Origin: Vicugna vicugna
Lineage: Eukaryota
Reading direction: 5' to 3'
Assembly: GCA_013265495.1 (NCBI GenBank)
Contig: MU058384.1
Location: 495,622-559,621 of the forward strand
Length of the DNA: 64,000 nt
This document shows, one piece after another, positions 40,656 through 52,999 of the stretch. Made by a program: the position numbers and the translations under genes. Under the pieces are notes generated by a model that was not told the origin of the DNA, did no database searches, and was given only the letters and a program-made list of their open reading frames with translations. The first letter of the stretch is position 1, and each line of letters starts with the position of its first letter.

Positions 40656-40880
40656 CAGGGTTCAGGAAACTAAGGCCCCAGTGCCAAATCTGGCTTGGGT
40701 TTGTTTTTGTAAGGCCTGGAAGTCAACAAGGGTTTTATATTTTTAAAGTATTGTACAAAGAAACAAAAAGCAATAGGCGAAGTATGAAGGAATGAAAAAA
40801 AATTGCTACAGAGACTCTAGGTGACCCTGAAAGCCTAAAATATTTGCTATCTTACCCTTTACAGAAAATGCAGACTTCTG
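40656..40880 (+). mobile_element. hAT-Charlie MER58-like element
   Basis: 'cagggttcaggaaactaaggcccc..gccaaatctggc...aaagcctaaaatatttgctatc..accctttacagaaaa..gcagacttctg'; flanks begin CTCCA on both sides. Confidence 0.8.
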
Positions 40881-41783
40881 CTCCACAGCATCATTCACCC
40901 AAGCTATAGTTAGTGAATTCCATTGGCAATATAATTAAAATCAATTGTATATTACTGTTACACAAGCTTTTGAATCTCTTCCTCTAGTTTCACTTTGCTG
41001 TTCACCACCATTGAAAACTTGCAGTACCCATTCATAATAAAAACTCTCACCAAACTAGAAATAAATAGGAACATCTTCAACCTTATGATAAAGGGTATCT
41101 ACAAAAACCAAACCAAACAAAAATTCTATCAGTAGCCTGATGCTTTACTGGGAACGACTGTGAACACGGTACGGTATTCGGTCCCATCATTTCAGTTCAA
41201 TTTTAAGTCCCAGCCAGTGCAATAAGGTAAAAATAATAACAATAATAAAAAAAAGATTTAAAGCCATATAAACCGAAAAGTAAAACCTTCAATATTTGTA
41301 GATTGTATTCACAGAGAACCCTAAATTTATTTTAAAAATCTGCTAAAACTAAATGAATATCACATGATTACAGACTATACAAGGTCAGTTCTTACATACA
41401 TTTTTACATACAAGCAACAACATCAAGAGAATTACACTAGTATCCACAAACATGGAATAGGGATAAATATAAGGAAATATGTTCAAGATTTGTATATTGA
41501 GCTATAAAATATTCAGATAAATTTTTAAAATTTTAAACAGAGATTAAAATGTTCATGGACTGGAAAACAATGATTTATAGGCTACAGAGTCAACAATAGA
41601 TCCCATTCAGAATTTTGTCAGACTTTTTATAGAAACTGTCATGCTGATTCTAAAGTTACTTGCAAAAAGAAATAACTACAATTGACGATACAATTTTGAA
41701 AAGAAAGAGAGTGAAGTACTATAGCTTAATTTCCTTAATTGCCCAGCTTTACTCTTAAAATGTAATCTAAACAGTGATATTTC

Positions 41784-42340
41784 AATATACCATAGCTTCT
41801 TTACCCAGTCTTCTGTCGATGGAAATTTAGGTTTTTCCATGCCTTGACTATTGTAAATAGTTCTGCTATGAGCACTATAGTGCATGTATCTTTATACAAT
41901 GGACTATTACTCAGCAATAAGAGGAAAACAATGCCATTTGCAGCAACATGGATGGACCTGGAGATCGTCATTCTAAGTGAAGTAAGCCAGAAAGAGAAAG
42001 AAAAATACCATATGATATCACTCATATGTGGAATCTAAAAAAAGAAAAAGACACTAATGAATTTATCTACAAAACAGAAACTGACTCACAGACATAATGA
42101 ACAGTCTTATGATTACCATGGGGGAAAGGGGTGGGAAGGGATAAATTGAGAGTTTGAGATGTGCAAGTATTAACAAGTATATATAAAATAAACAACAAGT
42201 TTATACTGTATATCACAGGGACCTTATATTCAGTATCTTGAAGTGACCTATAATGAAAAAGAATATGAAAACGAATATATGACTGAGACATTCTGCTGTA
42301 CAGAAGAAAATGACACACTGTAAATGGACTTCAGTAAAAA
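41784..42340 (+). mobile_element. Younger camelid-type L1 with 5' inversion (inverted 41784-41893, sense 41894-42340)
   Basis: ORF 41844..42038 ends MPFAATWMDLEIVILSEVSQKEKEKYHMISLICGI (L1 ORF2 C-terminus); the left piece is the reverse complement of the immediately upstream L1 sequence; imperfect TSD at 41770-41783 and 42336-42349. Confidence 0.85.
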
Positions 42341-43081
42341 TGATATGTCTTTAAGGATAAACATAGAACAAAGAATAACAATAGTCTAAAGATAGATCAA
42401 CACATATATAATCAATTTTTTTCAAAATTGGTGCCCAGATAACTCACTGAAGGAAGCATAATTTTCTCAATATTTCTGCAAAAATGTGTTATGTATATAA
42501 ATCATAGAAAATATGAACTCTAATCCTTACATCACAACATACCAAAAATGAGTTAGGGTTTTAAAATTTCTGTATTAATGTTTATAAAGATTCTAGAAGA
42601 AAATATAAAAGGCAATGTGATTTTTGAGGCAGGCAGAAAATTCTTAACACAAAAATATTAATTACAAAAGAAAAATAGTGGTAAGTCAGATTTCATTGTT
42701 AAAAACAAAGCTAGCAAACAACTTTTGTTTTTTGAAAGAAATGTAAAAAAAATATACACTAGGAGAGTATTTTCAATAAATCTCACAAAAGATTTGTTTC
42801 TAGAAAGTATAAATAACTATTACAACAATTACAAAAAGACAAACCTCAAAAATATGCAAGAGATCAGAACAGTTGTTACTTCATATGAGTACATATGCAA
42901 TGACTGATGATTGACAACTATTTTCATTAGGAAAGTAGAAATAGTTAGCAAAGTTCAACACTACTGCCCAACCCACAGAATGGTCAAAATTAAAGAGACC
43001 GGTATTTGCCATTGCTGGCAAGTATGTGGAGCAACTGGGACTTTCACATGTTAGGGCTGTAATGTAATACGGAACCAAAAC

Positions 43082-43254
43082 CAGGGCCAGCTTCCTGAGT
43101 ATGTGACCTATGCAGTTGCATACAGTGGAGCTCTAACCCACTGTATGTGTTTGACTTAAAACTCTGCTAATAATCATCTTGAAATTCATAATTTTTAAAC
43201 GAGATCCTCGAGTTCATTTTGTATTGGTCCCCATGAATTACATAACTGGTCCTA
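43082..43254 (+). mobile_element. hAT-Tip100 MER91A-like element
   Basis: 'cagggccagcttcctgagtatgtgacctatgcagttgca...tcttgaaattcataattttt...ttcattttgtattggtcccc..aattacataactggtcct'. Confidence 0.75.
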
Positions 43255-43879
43255 GAAATAATTTTGGTACACAAGTTGGGAGCTTCCTATAAAATTAAAC
43301 ATATACTTACCATATGATACAGCTTTTCTACTCCTAGTTACTTACCCAAGAAAAAGAAATATATGTTCATAAAGTAATTGTTTATAAATGTTTATAGCAG
43401 CCATATTCATTATAGCCCCAAACTCAAACAAGAAAATTGTGATATACTCTATAATGGAATACTGAGTAGCAGTTAAACAAATTATTGATCAATGCAACAA
43501 CATGTATTAACCTCAAACACACCATGTGATAGAAAACCTCCAGTTCCAGAGTACATGGACTGCATGAATTTATGTAAAATTTTAAAACAAGAAAAACTAA
43601 TCTATAGAGATAGAAAGCAGATCAGATACAATCTGGTGTCAACAATTAAGAGGTACAAAGATTAGCAAGAGAAGAAGAGAGAACTTTTGATTGTACATAT
43701 TCTATATCTAGATTATATTGATGATTACATGGGTGTATGCATTTATCAAAACTCATCAAACTATATCCTTAAAAAGTTGCATTTTGTTGGTAGTAAAATG
43801 TACCACAACACATCTGATTTTTAAAACTAACTTAACAAATAAGGAGAAAAATTCTTAAAGTTAAAAGCAAAATGAAACA

Positions 43880-44120
43880 ACATACTACATGATGACTATA
43901 GTTGCAACTGTTTGTATGATACATAGGAAAGTTTGAGAGCGGATCCTTAGAGTTCTCATTACAGTAGAAAATTGTTTTTCTTTTTATTGTATTTATATGA
44001 GATGATGGATGATAAATAAGCCTATTTTGGTAATTATTTCACAGTATATGTAAATTAAACCAAAACATGTATATCAAACTTACAGTGATGCATGTCAATT
44101 ATTTCTCAATAAAAATGAAA
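43880..44120 (+). mobile_element. L1 3' tail (L1MB-like)
   Basis: 'tacatgatgactatagtt...gagttctcattaca...tatatgagatgatggatg...aaacttacagtgatgcatgtcaattatttctcaataaaa'. Confidence 0.75.
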
Positions 44121-44129
44121 GATATATCA

Positions 44130-45835
44130 AGTAGATAATATATCATTGAAGAAAAAGCCCAAGAAAGTTTTGAGCAATTTGATTCTAAACTAAAAGAGGA
44201 CAAAACTACAAAATGATCTTTAACTTTACCTACTAAATTAATATTTTGGTAGTGGCTTTGAAGCTACAATGGTAAATCTATTTTGTGCATCCTATAAGTT
44301 TAAATAGATGATTAAATATACTGACATTTTTGGAAACCACAAATTTCATTATGGTAGAAGGAAGATAAAAATATGGAATTGCGGAAAGGGAGAAACCACC
44401 TTATTGGGTTGAAAAATGAGATATCAGAATGAAAGCATTAAAAAAAAAATCAATAGCTATGCCCTGAGAATGGAACTGAAAAGTACAAATGCCCATTAAT
44501 GACTAAAAGGAACTTGGGCTCCTTGGAGAAATTATTGATTCCATGACTAGGACAGAGAAGTACAGGCGAGTCTGGAATATCTTATTCCAGGAAAAAAAGA
44601 ATTGTTTACCCACTTGTGTGAATTTGTCAAAAGGTCATAGGATCTGGTTGAAAGATCTTTCATAGGGGCACTTTGAGTAACATAATGAATACATTACAGC
44701 AATATAAAAACGTCAATCCAAACTGACAATTAAAAAGCATAAAAATAAAATGTGGAAGTAGAGTAGTAGTGAAAACTCTTATTTATAGGCAAATGCCACT
44801 AATAAATGTAGACTACAATAGAAAATCACCGTTTGCTAGTACTCTCTAACTGACTAAGGCAAGAATCATCGTGGATGCTAAAACAGTCAATAAAAATTTA
44901 TTGAGAAATGGATATTCACAGAATTTCACATTATTGGATTACAAACTAGCTGTTAATAATCTAGGGGAAAGGTCCTTTGTAATGGATAAATCTGGTGATA
45001 CTACCTTAACTAAATGGTCAAACTTAGTATTACCTTAATTGACATCAATGCAACCCATGAAAAGATGTAATAAATATGCGGATTAACAATGTAAGAGTTC
45101 CTCCAAAACTCTAATCTGAATCAATTACGAGAATACAACTAAACAAAGACAAATTGAGGGATATTCTACAAAATAACTGTCCTTAATACATAATAATATC
45201 AATATGGTGAAAGTTAAAAGTAAATTTAACAGAGTTAACACATCTTTCTAGCCACCAAATGCAGTGCAAAATTCTTAATTGGTTCCTGGATTGAACAACA
45301 AACAAAAACATCAAACAGCTATAAAAGACATTATGAAGGCAATTAAGGATAGTTGAATATTGATAATTGCACTGCAGTATTTAACAACATTACATTTACT
45401 GAGTATGATATTATAATCATTTTTCGTAGGAAATACGTGCCAAAGCATTCAGAGGAGAAGCAATGACTTACTCTCGAATAGTTCAAGAACACAAAGAGAG
45501 AGTGAAAATGTAACAATGTTAATTAGTAAATCTGAGATTGTTTTTTAAAAATTTTTTTCTATATTTTAATTGAATTATGGACAATTTACAATGTTCTGTC
45601 AATTTCCAGTGTACAGCATAATGTTTCAGTCATACATACACATACATATATTTGTTTTCATATTCTTTTTCATTATAGGTTACTACAAGATATTCAATAT
45701 AGTTCCCTGTGCTATACGGTAGAAAATTGTTTATCTATTTTATATATAGTAGTTAGTGTCTGCAAATCTGAGATCCACTTGTAATTATATTATTCTTATA
45801 ACTTTTCTGTAGGTTGAAAAATTTCAAATAAATTA
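44130..45835 (+). mobile_element. L1MC/MD-like 3' UTR fragment
   Basis: 'ggaacttgggctccttggagaaat', 'aaatctggtgatactaccttaac', 'caaattgagggatattctacaaaataactg', 'acttttctgtaggttgaaaaatttcaaa'. Confidence 0.7.
45539..45763 (-). mobile_element. Camelid-type L1 3' end
   Basis: 'tttacaatgttctgtcaatttccagtgtacagcataatgtttcagtcatacat...ctacaagatattcaatatagttccctgtgctata'; perfect 11-bp TSD AAATCTGAGAT at 45528-45538 and 45764-45774. Confidence 0.9.
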
Positions 45836-47803
45836 TTGGTTGCATAAAAGAAGTGTAATGAGAAATAAAATCAGTTAAACATAAGAGATAGTTTAAATCA
45901 CTGGTCATTAATCTATAAAATATAGTAATAAAAAAATTACTTAAATATCTATTCAATAAAACAATTATAACCTTCCAAAGAGTAGTCAATATTATTCTAT
46001 TATCAATAAATTAGATTCATATGCTAGAATTTATCAATAAAAATCCTGTATTATGGAGGTAATAAGATAGAAGAGTATGTGCAATTTTTATTTCAAATGA
46101 GGTAGAGGTTATTCAATTAATTGCTTTTATTCATTATAATAAAAAATTAAATTTACATAAAATTGTGTTTTCCAAATGACTAGAATTTAAAAAATGTGAA
46201 GTTATTTTTAAATATGTAAACAAAAAAAGAAACTGAAAAAATAAAGGAACTTGTAAAAGAGGCTTTAGTTATGGCAATAACAAAAAAGCAGATCCTGTAT
46301 GATAGCTCATAAAATAGAACTGTATTAAAACTCTTCATTGAGTGTATGTCCCTCTCAATCATCCAACTATATGAGATTTGACAAAGAAATCTAATAGAGA
46401 TTTTAAAAACTGAATAAACTTGGGAAAAAAAAAACAATCTTTTTGAAAGTAGCATTTTGTTTCATGATGGCATATGAAAAAACATGTATTTCCTCTCTAT
46501 CCTTCTGGAAGGGGGGCATGAGGTTTAGCACTCTAAAATAAATAATGTACCATATCTTGAAAGCAGCTTGAATATTATATCAACATTGTTAAAAAATATT
46601 TGAAAATGTTTATGCTTTTTCATCAAGCAGTTGTCCTTTTGAAACTTCAAAGAATAAAAATATGTTCAGAGAATTATGTAAGGAATGTTCATTGAAGAAA
46701 CATTTAAAATAGAGAAAATTTGATAAAGTGTCCCAAAATAGAACATTAGCTATTAACTATGGAAATGGAATAGAATGCAACATAGTTCAAGTCTGAAATA
46801 TTATGAAATCAATGATATTTTCAAATAGTTCTAATATAATAGGAAATTTTATAAAATTTTTTTTAAATTAAAAGTATTTTAAAATTCTGTATACTGTATA
46901 ATCTCAATTTGGTAAACAAAAACCTCATTCCTTATATAAGTATAAACCCATTAAATCATGTGTCTGTGTTTATGTGAATGTATATAGTGCTAAAAGCACT
47001 TATTACATAATAGCTATAAACATAGCAATAGCAAAACTACATCAGATACTTTTTATGTTTGATAATATATGATATTTATTTTTTACTTATTTTAAATACT
47101 TTATATAATAGCATTTACTATTAAAATCAGAAGATAAGAAATAATTTGTAAATATGACAAAGGAGCATAAAAGAAACATTGAAAGCGTACTAAGAAACTT
47201 AATCGGATATAAATGATATATGGCATACGTTTTCCACCAAAAATATAGAAGAATGCCATGAAAACTGAGTGACATAATTTGTAAAATTTTGTATCCTAGT
47301 AAGAATTAATGAGATTAGATAGGATATATCTGAACTTCACGGGATAAAATAGAACCAACTCTGGAGATATAATAAACTCTCAAATGCATCCATAGATTAA
47401 AAAAGCATAATTTTAGGAAACTATACCAACTCATTATTTGAAGGTGGCTTCTGAGATGATGGGGGGTGTGTAGGTGTATACATGTGCTCTGTGACACAGC
47501 TCAGTGGAGTAAGTCCATTGCTTCTCTTAGACACAAATAAATATGATAAACAAATTTTTAGTGTATTACAGGAAATTATTTGGTCAGAACACAAATTCAC
47601 ATGGCAAAGAGGATAGAAGAGAAGAGAGAGTGCCCTGGCAGAATGGAGCTGCTTCAAAAGGCTTTTGCAGGAGACTAGGAGCTTTTGTTTATATTTCAGA
47701 AACAGTGCTCCCCGATCTTCAGTGCTTAGCCTTAAAATGGAGAGTGGAAAGCTTTGTTTCTAGAATCAGTATATTTTTGAATTTGTTAAGCATGTAGCAG
47801 GCA

Positions 47804-48233
47804 TGTTACTGAGTCCAAACTCGTTCTGCTTGCCTCAAGACAGGCCAGTAAATCAAGAGATGAGGTGTCGGGGCAAGGAATAGCGACTTTATTCAGAAAG
47901 CTGGTAGACCGAGAGGATGGCAGACTAATGTCCTGGAGAACCATCCTGCTCCAGTCAGAATACAGGCTCCTTTTATACAAAAAAACAGGAGTGGGTGTGG
48001 TTGGTTGGTGCAAACTTCTTGGCGTAGGAATCCTTTGTTCATGCAGCCATCCACGTGGGCCAGCTCATGGTGCTCCTGTAAAACCAACAAAACAAATGTT
48101 ATTTTCTTTTCTGCAACTTGTTATCTTTACGTGAGTGCAGAGCTAGCAAGACTAAGCCTAGGAAACAGGGCACAGTGGTCAAAGCCAGAGGAACGGATCT
48201 AATATAGAGTCAGATTCGTTCTCCTCTGTTACA
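47804..48233 (-). mobile_element. ERV1 solo LTR (MER41-like)
   Basis: TG...CA termini; 4-bp TSD GGCA at 47800-47803 and 48234-48237; minus-strand TATAAAA (47971-47977) and AATAAA (47888-47893). Confidence 0.85.
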
Positions 48234-48286
48234 GGCAGAGTGCCACACCCAGGACAAGCCACTATGTGTGAACACCCTCTTTAGAT

Positions 48287-48943
48287 CACGAGTTGGCAAA
48301 CTATAGTTTGTTGGCCAGATCTGCAATTTTTATTTCAAAATTGTTTTCCTCACCTCTGTACCCTGGAAACCACTGTTCTACTGTTTCTGTGTATTAGACT
48401 TCTTTAGATTCCACATATAAGTGAAATCATGCAATATTTTTCTTTTGTGTCTTTCTCTTTTAATTAACCTATTGTTCTTCAGTTTCATCCATGTTGTCAC
48501 ATTGACAGGCTGTTCTTTTTTAAGCCTGAATGATATACCATTACATGTATATATGCACTTGTGTGTATGTGTGTTTGTATACTGTATGTGTGTGTATAAA
48601 ATTTCTTTCTCTGGATTGTTTCTGTATCTTGTCTATTGTCAGTAAAGTGTCAATGAACATGAGATTGCTGGATCATATAGTAGTTCTAATTTTTTTTTAG
48701 AACATTCTTTAATGTTTCCCATAATGGTTGTGTCAATTTACATACCAGTCGCGTACAATGTTCCCTTTTCTCTGTATCCTTGTTGACACTCATTCGTTTA
48801 TCTTTTTGAGAATATCCATTCTAAAAGGCTTAGATAAAACAAAAAGAATAAGAATCATCACAGGTAGCCTGCAAAGCCTAAAATTCTTACCATCCAGTAC
48901 CTGTCAGAAAATAAATAAATAAATAAAAAGTTGCTAACCCCTG
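48287..48943 (+). mobile_element. MER58-like hAT element interrupted by an L1 fragment
   Basis: Left end 'cacgagttggcaaactatag...ggccagatctgc'; right end 'gcctgcaaagcctaaaat...aagttgctaacccctg'; flanks end in TAGAT on both sides. Confidence 0.7.
48330..48825 (-). mobile_element. L1MA/MB 3' fragment
   Basis: 'cccctggaaaccactgttctac...ttagattccacatataagtgaaatcatgcaatattt...gattgctggatcatatagtagttcta'. Confidence 0.8.
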
Positions 48944-48987
48944 ACCTAGATTATCATCATGTAGTAGAGAAATAACAACATCTGTGG

Positions 48988-49110
48988 AAAAGCAGTATGT
49001 GTGGTGGCATGGTCTTGGCTTTGGTGTCAGGCAGATTTTACTTCAAGCCCTAGCTCAGTTGCCTAATAGCTGTGTGAACTTGGGTATGATATTTGATATC
49101 TTGTGTGAAG
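48988..49110 (+). mobile_element. MIR fragment
   Basis: 'ggctttggtgtcaggcaga...ttcaagccctagctc...ctaatagctgtgtgaacttggg'. Confidence 0.7.
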
Positions 49111-49621
49111 TAGGGCTGAGTATCTCTTCCTCCAAGGGCGTTGGCGGTTATATTGAAAGCTAGAGGTAAAGAACGTATTCCATTATCACCATTATCACGT
49201 TCTGTCCCTGCTTTTTTCACCCATAGAGACAGCAGTTCTGAGACCTGTTGGCATAAAAAGCTATGAGCAGTGGCAGCCAAAGAAGAGGGATTAGTGGAGC
49301 AGTGAGATGTGGCAGGATATATATTCTCAACTGTCCAAAACCTGGCTGAACACAATTTAACATACAGTCCTAGAGAAACCTGTCTGGACCTTCCCTGGCT
49401 GCTGCTTATTCCACAGCTACATGTGGAAGTCGATACTCAAAAGTTTTCCCCTTTCTTCTGAGTGGAGTGAGACAGTGAGAAGTTACCATGGCAAAAAGAA
49501 AATAAAAGCTACTGCCTCGGCAATGGATCTTTGCCAGAAGTAATACATAGTGTGGTAAATCATGATATTGTTTCCAGATTTTAGTGTATTAACCCAGGGA
49601 GTTTAGAAAACTTGGAGATAG

Positions 49622-49957
49622 TGAAAAATTGTGTTCCACACTGGAATTTGACACAACATTGTAAAATGACTATAAGTCAATTTAAAAAAAAAGTTTAAAA
49701 TAAGTAAATAAATAAATAAAATGATGGGCTGATGTCAAGGTCACACTACCTTTAGATTAGCCTCATATTTAGTTTTTGTGAAAATTAGAAACCAAATTTT
49801 TATTATGCGTGGTCACATAATACTCTAATAAAACAGTTTCTCGGTCTTGTTACAACTAAAAAAAAACACTAAAACTCTAAACAGTTCTTAGAAACAATGA
49901 ACAGTATATATATGTAAATTTTAAAATATGTGCAGAAAAATTAAATAAATGAATAAA
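49622..49957 (+). mobile_element. Very short camelid L1 3' end (49622-49721) plus putative 3'-transduced flank (49722-49957)
   Basis: 'tgaaaaattgtgttccacactggaatttgacacaacattgtaaaatgactataagtcaat' plus A-tail; TSD AAAA(CT/TC)TGGAGATAG at 49607-49621 and 49958-49972. Confidence 0.7.
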
Positions 49958-52669
49958 AAAATCTGGAGATAGAACCATAGGAAATAATAGTGAGTATGCT
50001 AAGCATGAGATTTATCCATTACATTGGTAGGGTTCATTTTTTGGGGGGGTGGGGTGGTGGTGTGGGGTAGGCAGCAGTACTATTCTTTTTTTTTAATTGA
50101 ACTTTGATTTTTTTTTCAGAAAGATCATTATTATAGATTTATGTAGAAATCAATTGTGTTTTTCTTTCAAGAACAATGTTCTGACCTCCCAAGAAAAAAA
50201 AATAGAGTATCGTCTCCATGCTCTGATGACTTTGTTTTGCTTTTGTTTTGGTCTCTGGTATCTGTTAATACCTGTGACCTTGCATGCTATGTTGTTTTTT
50301 CGTTTTGTTTGCTTTGCTTTTCTCTTTTCTCATTTGTCTTAACAGCAGTTGTAGACATTGCTGATTGTGAAATGTAATGTCCTGAAATTTATCAAATGAT
50401 TTTATAACTTTATCTGATTCCTATGATGGAGATTTCAGGCAAAAAAAAAAAAAAAAACCCTGAGAAATAATTCAAGATTTTTTAATCTCATACTGATATA
50501 AGCAAGGCTGAAACAGCTCGCCCTTGCTTCTGGGTACCCACCTGAAGCATCCATTAGTCAGCAGCTCACTGACTGAGATACAATACGACTGCCTACCCCA
50601 TTCCTTTAACTGATAGTGCTCTGCTTTAGGATCTGCTTTTTGACATTCCTTATATTTCTCCCTTATCCTTATGGCAATGTATTGAAATTTATTCCATTTG
50701 GGTAAGAATGGCTCATATTTCATTGTGAAAGACATGAATGTTTCCACCATTACGGAAAGGACAAGATGAGAGAAATAACGCCCTAACATAAAATTATGCA
50801 TAGCTATGAGAAATTCATCTTTTAAAAAAAGATGTATTTGTTTTCAATTAAATTCTTCCATAAGGAATGCAGTTAAACCCAGCTTAACTTATGTTCTTAT
50901 TATTTTAAAATTTAATTTTTTATCATTTCCTGACTAAGGCATATTTAATGAGAACTGTAAGGTTAATTGAACGTTTTCTAATTATCAGATTGAGTTAGGT
51001 AAGCTGCCTGGCACATGGATGATTAACTTTTTGAAATAACAAACAAAAAAATGTTTGAAGAAGTGCACCACCATCATATATTTTAAGCTACTGCCATTAT
51101 ATCAAACTCTTTCAAACTTAAAATCAGAGCATGTCCTACTCCATATTTCTAAATCACATTTTAAAATATAAATTATGATAATAATTAGATATTCTATAAA
51201 ATGGTTTATTTTGTTAAATCTGATTTTTAAAGTGTAGATACATGTAACACTTATTCAGGAACCTATCATATTCCTGCTATAGTATTTTACAATCGAAGTC
51301 ACTGCATTTTAATTCATAGACATACAATGGACCTTCCATACATATTTTGAAAATAAATTTTCAAAACACTGACAGTTAAGTATTGTCCTCTCTTTTATCT
51401 ATGTTAAAAATTTATTCATTAATTGCAGTGACTCCATGCTAGATTTTAATTGCGTTTTGTAACATATAAATCTGTTGTGCAACATAATCCAATACAAATT
51501 AAAATTATTGACTTGAAGTTAACATTCACTGACTAATTATAGCTGTAAAGCAACAAATTGGTACATTTATAATGTTCGAGTAAGTACAGAACATCAGTCT
51601 CTTTTCATAGCTTCAAGGTTCAGCCAAAAAGGAGTGGATATAAATCACATAACTTCATTTCAAAAGTCTTGGAATGGTGAAATTTAGTGTATACATCTGT
51701 CAGAATTTATTAAAATTGTCACCTATAATCCTCAGACAAGTATTGCTAGAAATTTTTATGTATAAAAATAAGAAGCATGAGGAAGATTCTTTGTAGAACA
51801 CTCATCTTTGTGATTGTATCAGAACATCAGTCTTTTATTTCATATGATGACAGGAGGTGAACAGTAATCGTTGTTGCCATGGACTTTGGAGCCCTGGGAA
51901 TAATGTCATCATCGCTAACAATGAATTTTCTCTTCGGTTCATAAGAAAGTCTTCCCATCCTCTTCTCCCCACTTATTTTTCCCTTTTAGAGTTCCAGAAC
52001 TTGTTAAAAGAATATCTTTTTACACCCTGGAATTTTAGTACTATGTGTAGTGACTTTTGAATCCCTCAATTATATTACATGCAAAATCCACAAACACTGC
52101 GATTGTAGGAGTTAAAACATAACAGCCCAAGGCATCAATATAGTTTTGCTTGGTTCTCCAGGTAAGACTTTTTTGTTGGGTTGAAAAATGTATTTATACC
52201 ATGAGTATATTTGTGGTAATAATTAAGATTCATGGGGATCTTACACCATTTGCTCTGAGGATCCGTTATCATCATGTTTTTGGTCTACTCATAGAAATGT
52301 TCTTTTTTAAATCTTTATATTAATGATGGCATCAATCTAAGCATTCATGAGTTCAGATTCGTAAAATTATATCCAGTGACAGTATTTTCTGCTCTCTCTA
52401 AACATTGGTGCAGGAGAAACATACTATTCCATGTGCTCTACGTTCCTAATGTGCACTTTCAGAGGAAATGGAGACATTGAGTACTAATACATTGAGTTCT
52501 TGGCATTTCTTGATCTGGCAACTCTTTCAAAGACATTATTGGTTTCTGAACACAAAATCCACTTTTGGTGTGATAAATATAAGCTCATTTAACTCAGATG
52601 TTTTTTATTTCAAGCTACAATTTGAAACAGTTTGTCCTTATCTAATTAGCATAAAATCATGTCATAGCC

Positions 52670-52835
52670 CCGCCTTGACCTTACTGCAAGACTCTTCATT
52701 TATCAAGTAAGCATAGTAACACCATTTAACCTACAGGGAGGTTAATGAGTGGGTTGATACATTTATATTAATAATTTAATAGAAGTGTAACATTGCCTGG
52801 TATAAAGTAAGTACTCAATTAAAATTAGCCGTTAC
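52670..52835 (+). mobile_element. MIR fragment
   Basis: 'cttcatttatcaagtaagcatagtaacacc...aacattgcctggtataaagtaagtactcaattaaaattagc'. Confidence 0.65.
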
Positions 52836-52999
52836 AATAGATATAGAAAGAGAGCAGTACACTGAACACAGCTGGAATGTTTTTGTCTCTGTGATCTCCA
52901 GCAATTACTTCTTTCTGCCCTCTTCCATTTATTTATTTATTTACTAAGAATAATTTTTACTCTACTTTATACAGAAGAGAACATTCAAAAGCAGTCTTG

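Larger units (their letters stand above)
35670..40930 (-). mobile_element. ERV-L (class III) internal gag-pro-pol relic, split by four later insertions
   Basis: Minus-strand translation: gag ELEKDNEKL..INHQLNAKYESQRASLATY (40565-40655), GQDLIVKVYVLQRLN..GKEWEPKMWNED (about 37805-37930), ILGMLNQGKLNIKLEEEICIDMGALTLNIAFNIL (about 37395-37500); RT VLHQGYV..CNNTVLRGLNQLDILQNITLLH, GWEINPP, GPYELERLILLDVYVGTKQALWGSWQGPM..RPL (35670-36400). Confidence 0.85.
41030..43830 (+). mobile_element. Old L1 (L1M/L1ME-like) ORF2 plus 3' UTR, host to two insertions
   Basis: 'ataaaaactctcaccaaactagaaata...cttcaacctt', 'atgctgattctaaagtt', 'aaattaaacatatacttaccatatga', 'catttatcaaaactcatcaaact'. Confidence 0.75.

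Noticed and set aside
47360..47800. Possible very old LTR fragment next to the ERV1 solo LTR
   Set aside because: I could not assign termini or a family by eye.
50472..50801. 109-aa minus-strand ORF
   Set aside because: No recognisable domain or splice context; this length is expected by chance in 64 kb.
51587..51833. 14-bp direct repeat CAGAACATCAGTCT, 233 bp apart, as a possible TSD
   Set aside because: The intervening sequence has no A-tail or clear element ends; only two copies, so not an array.
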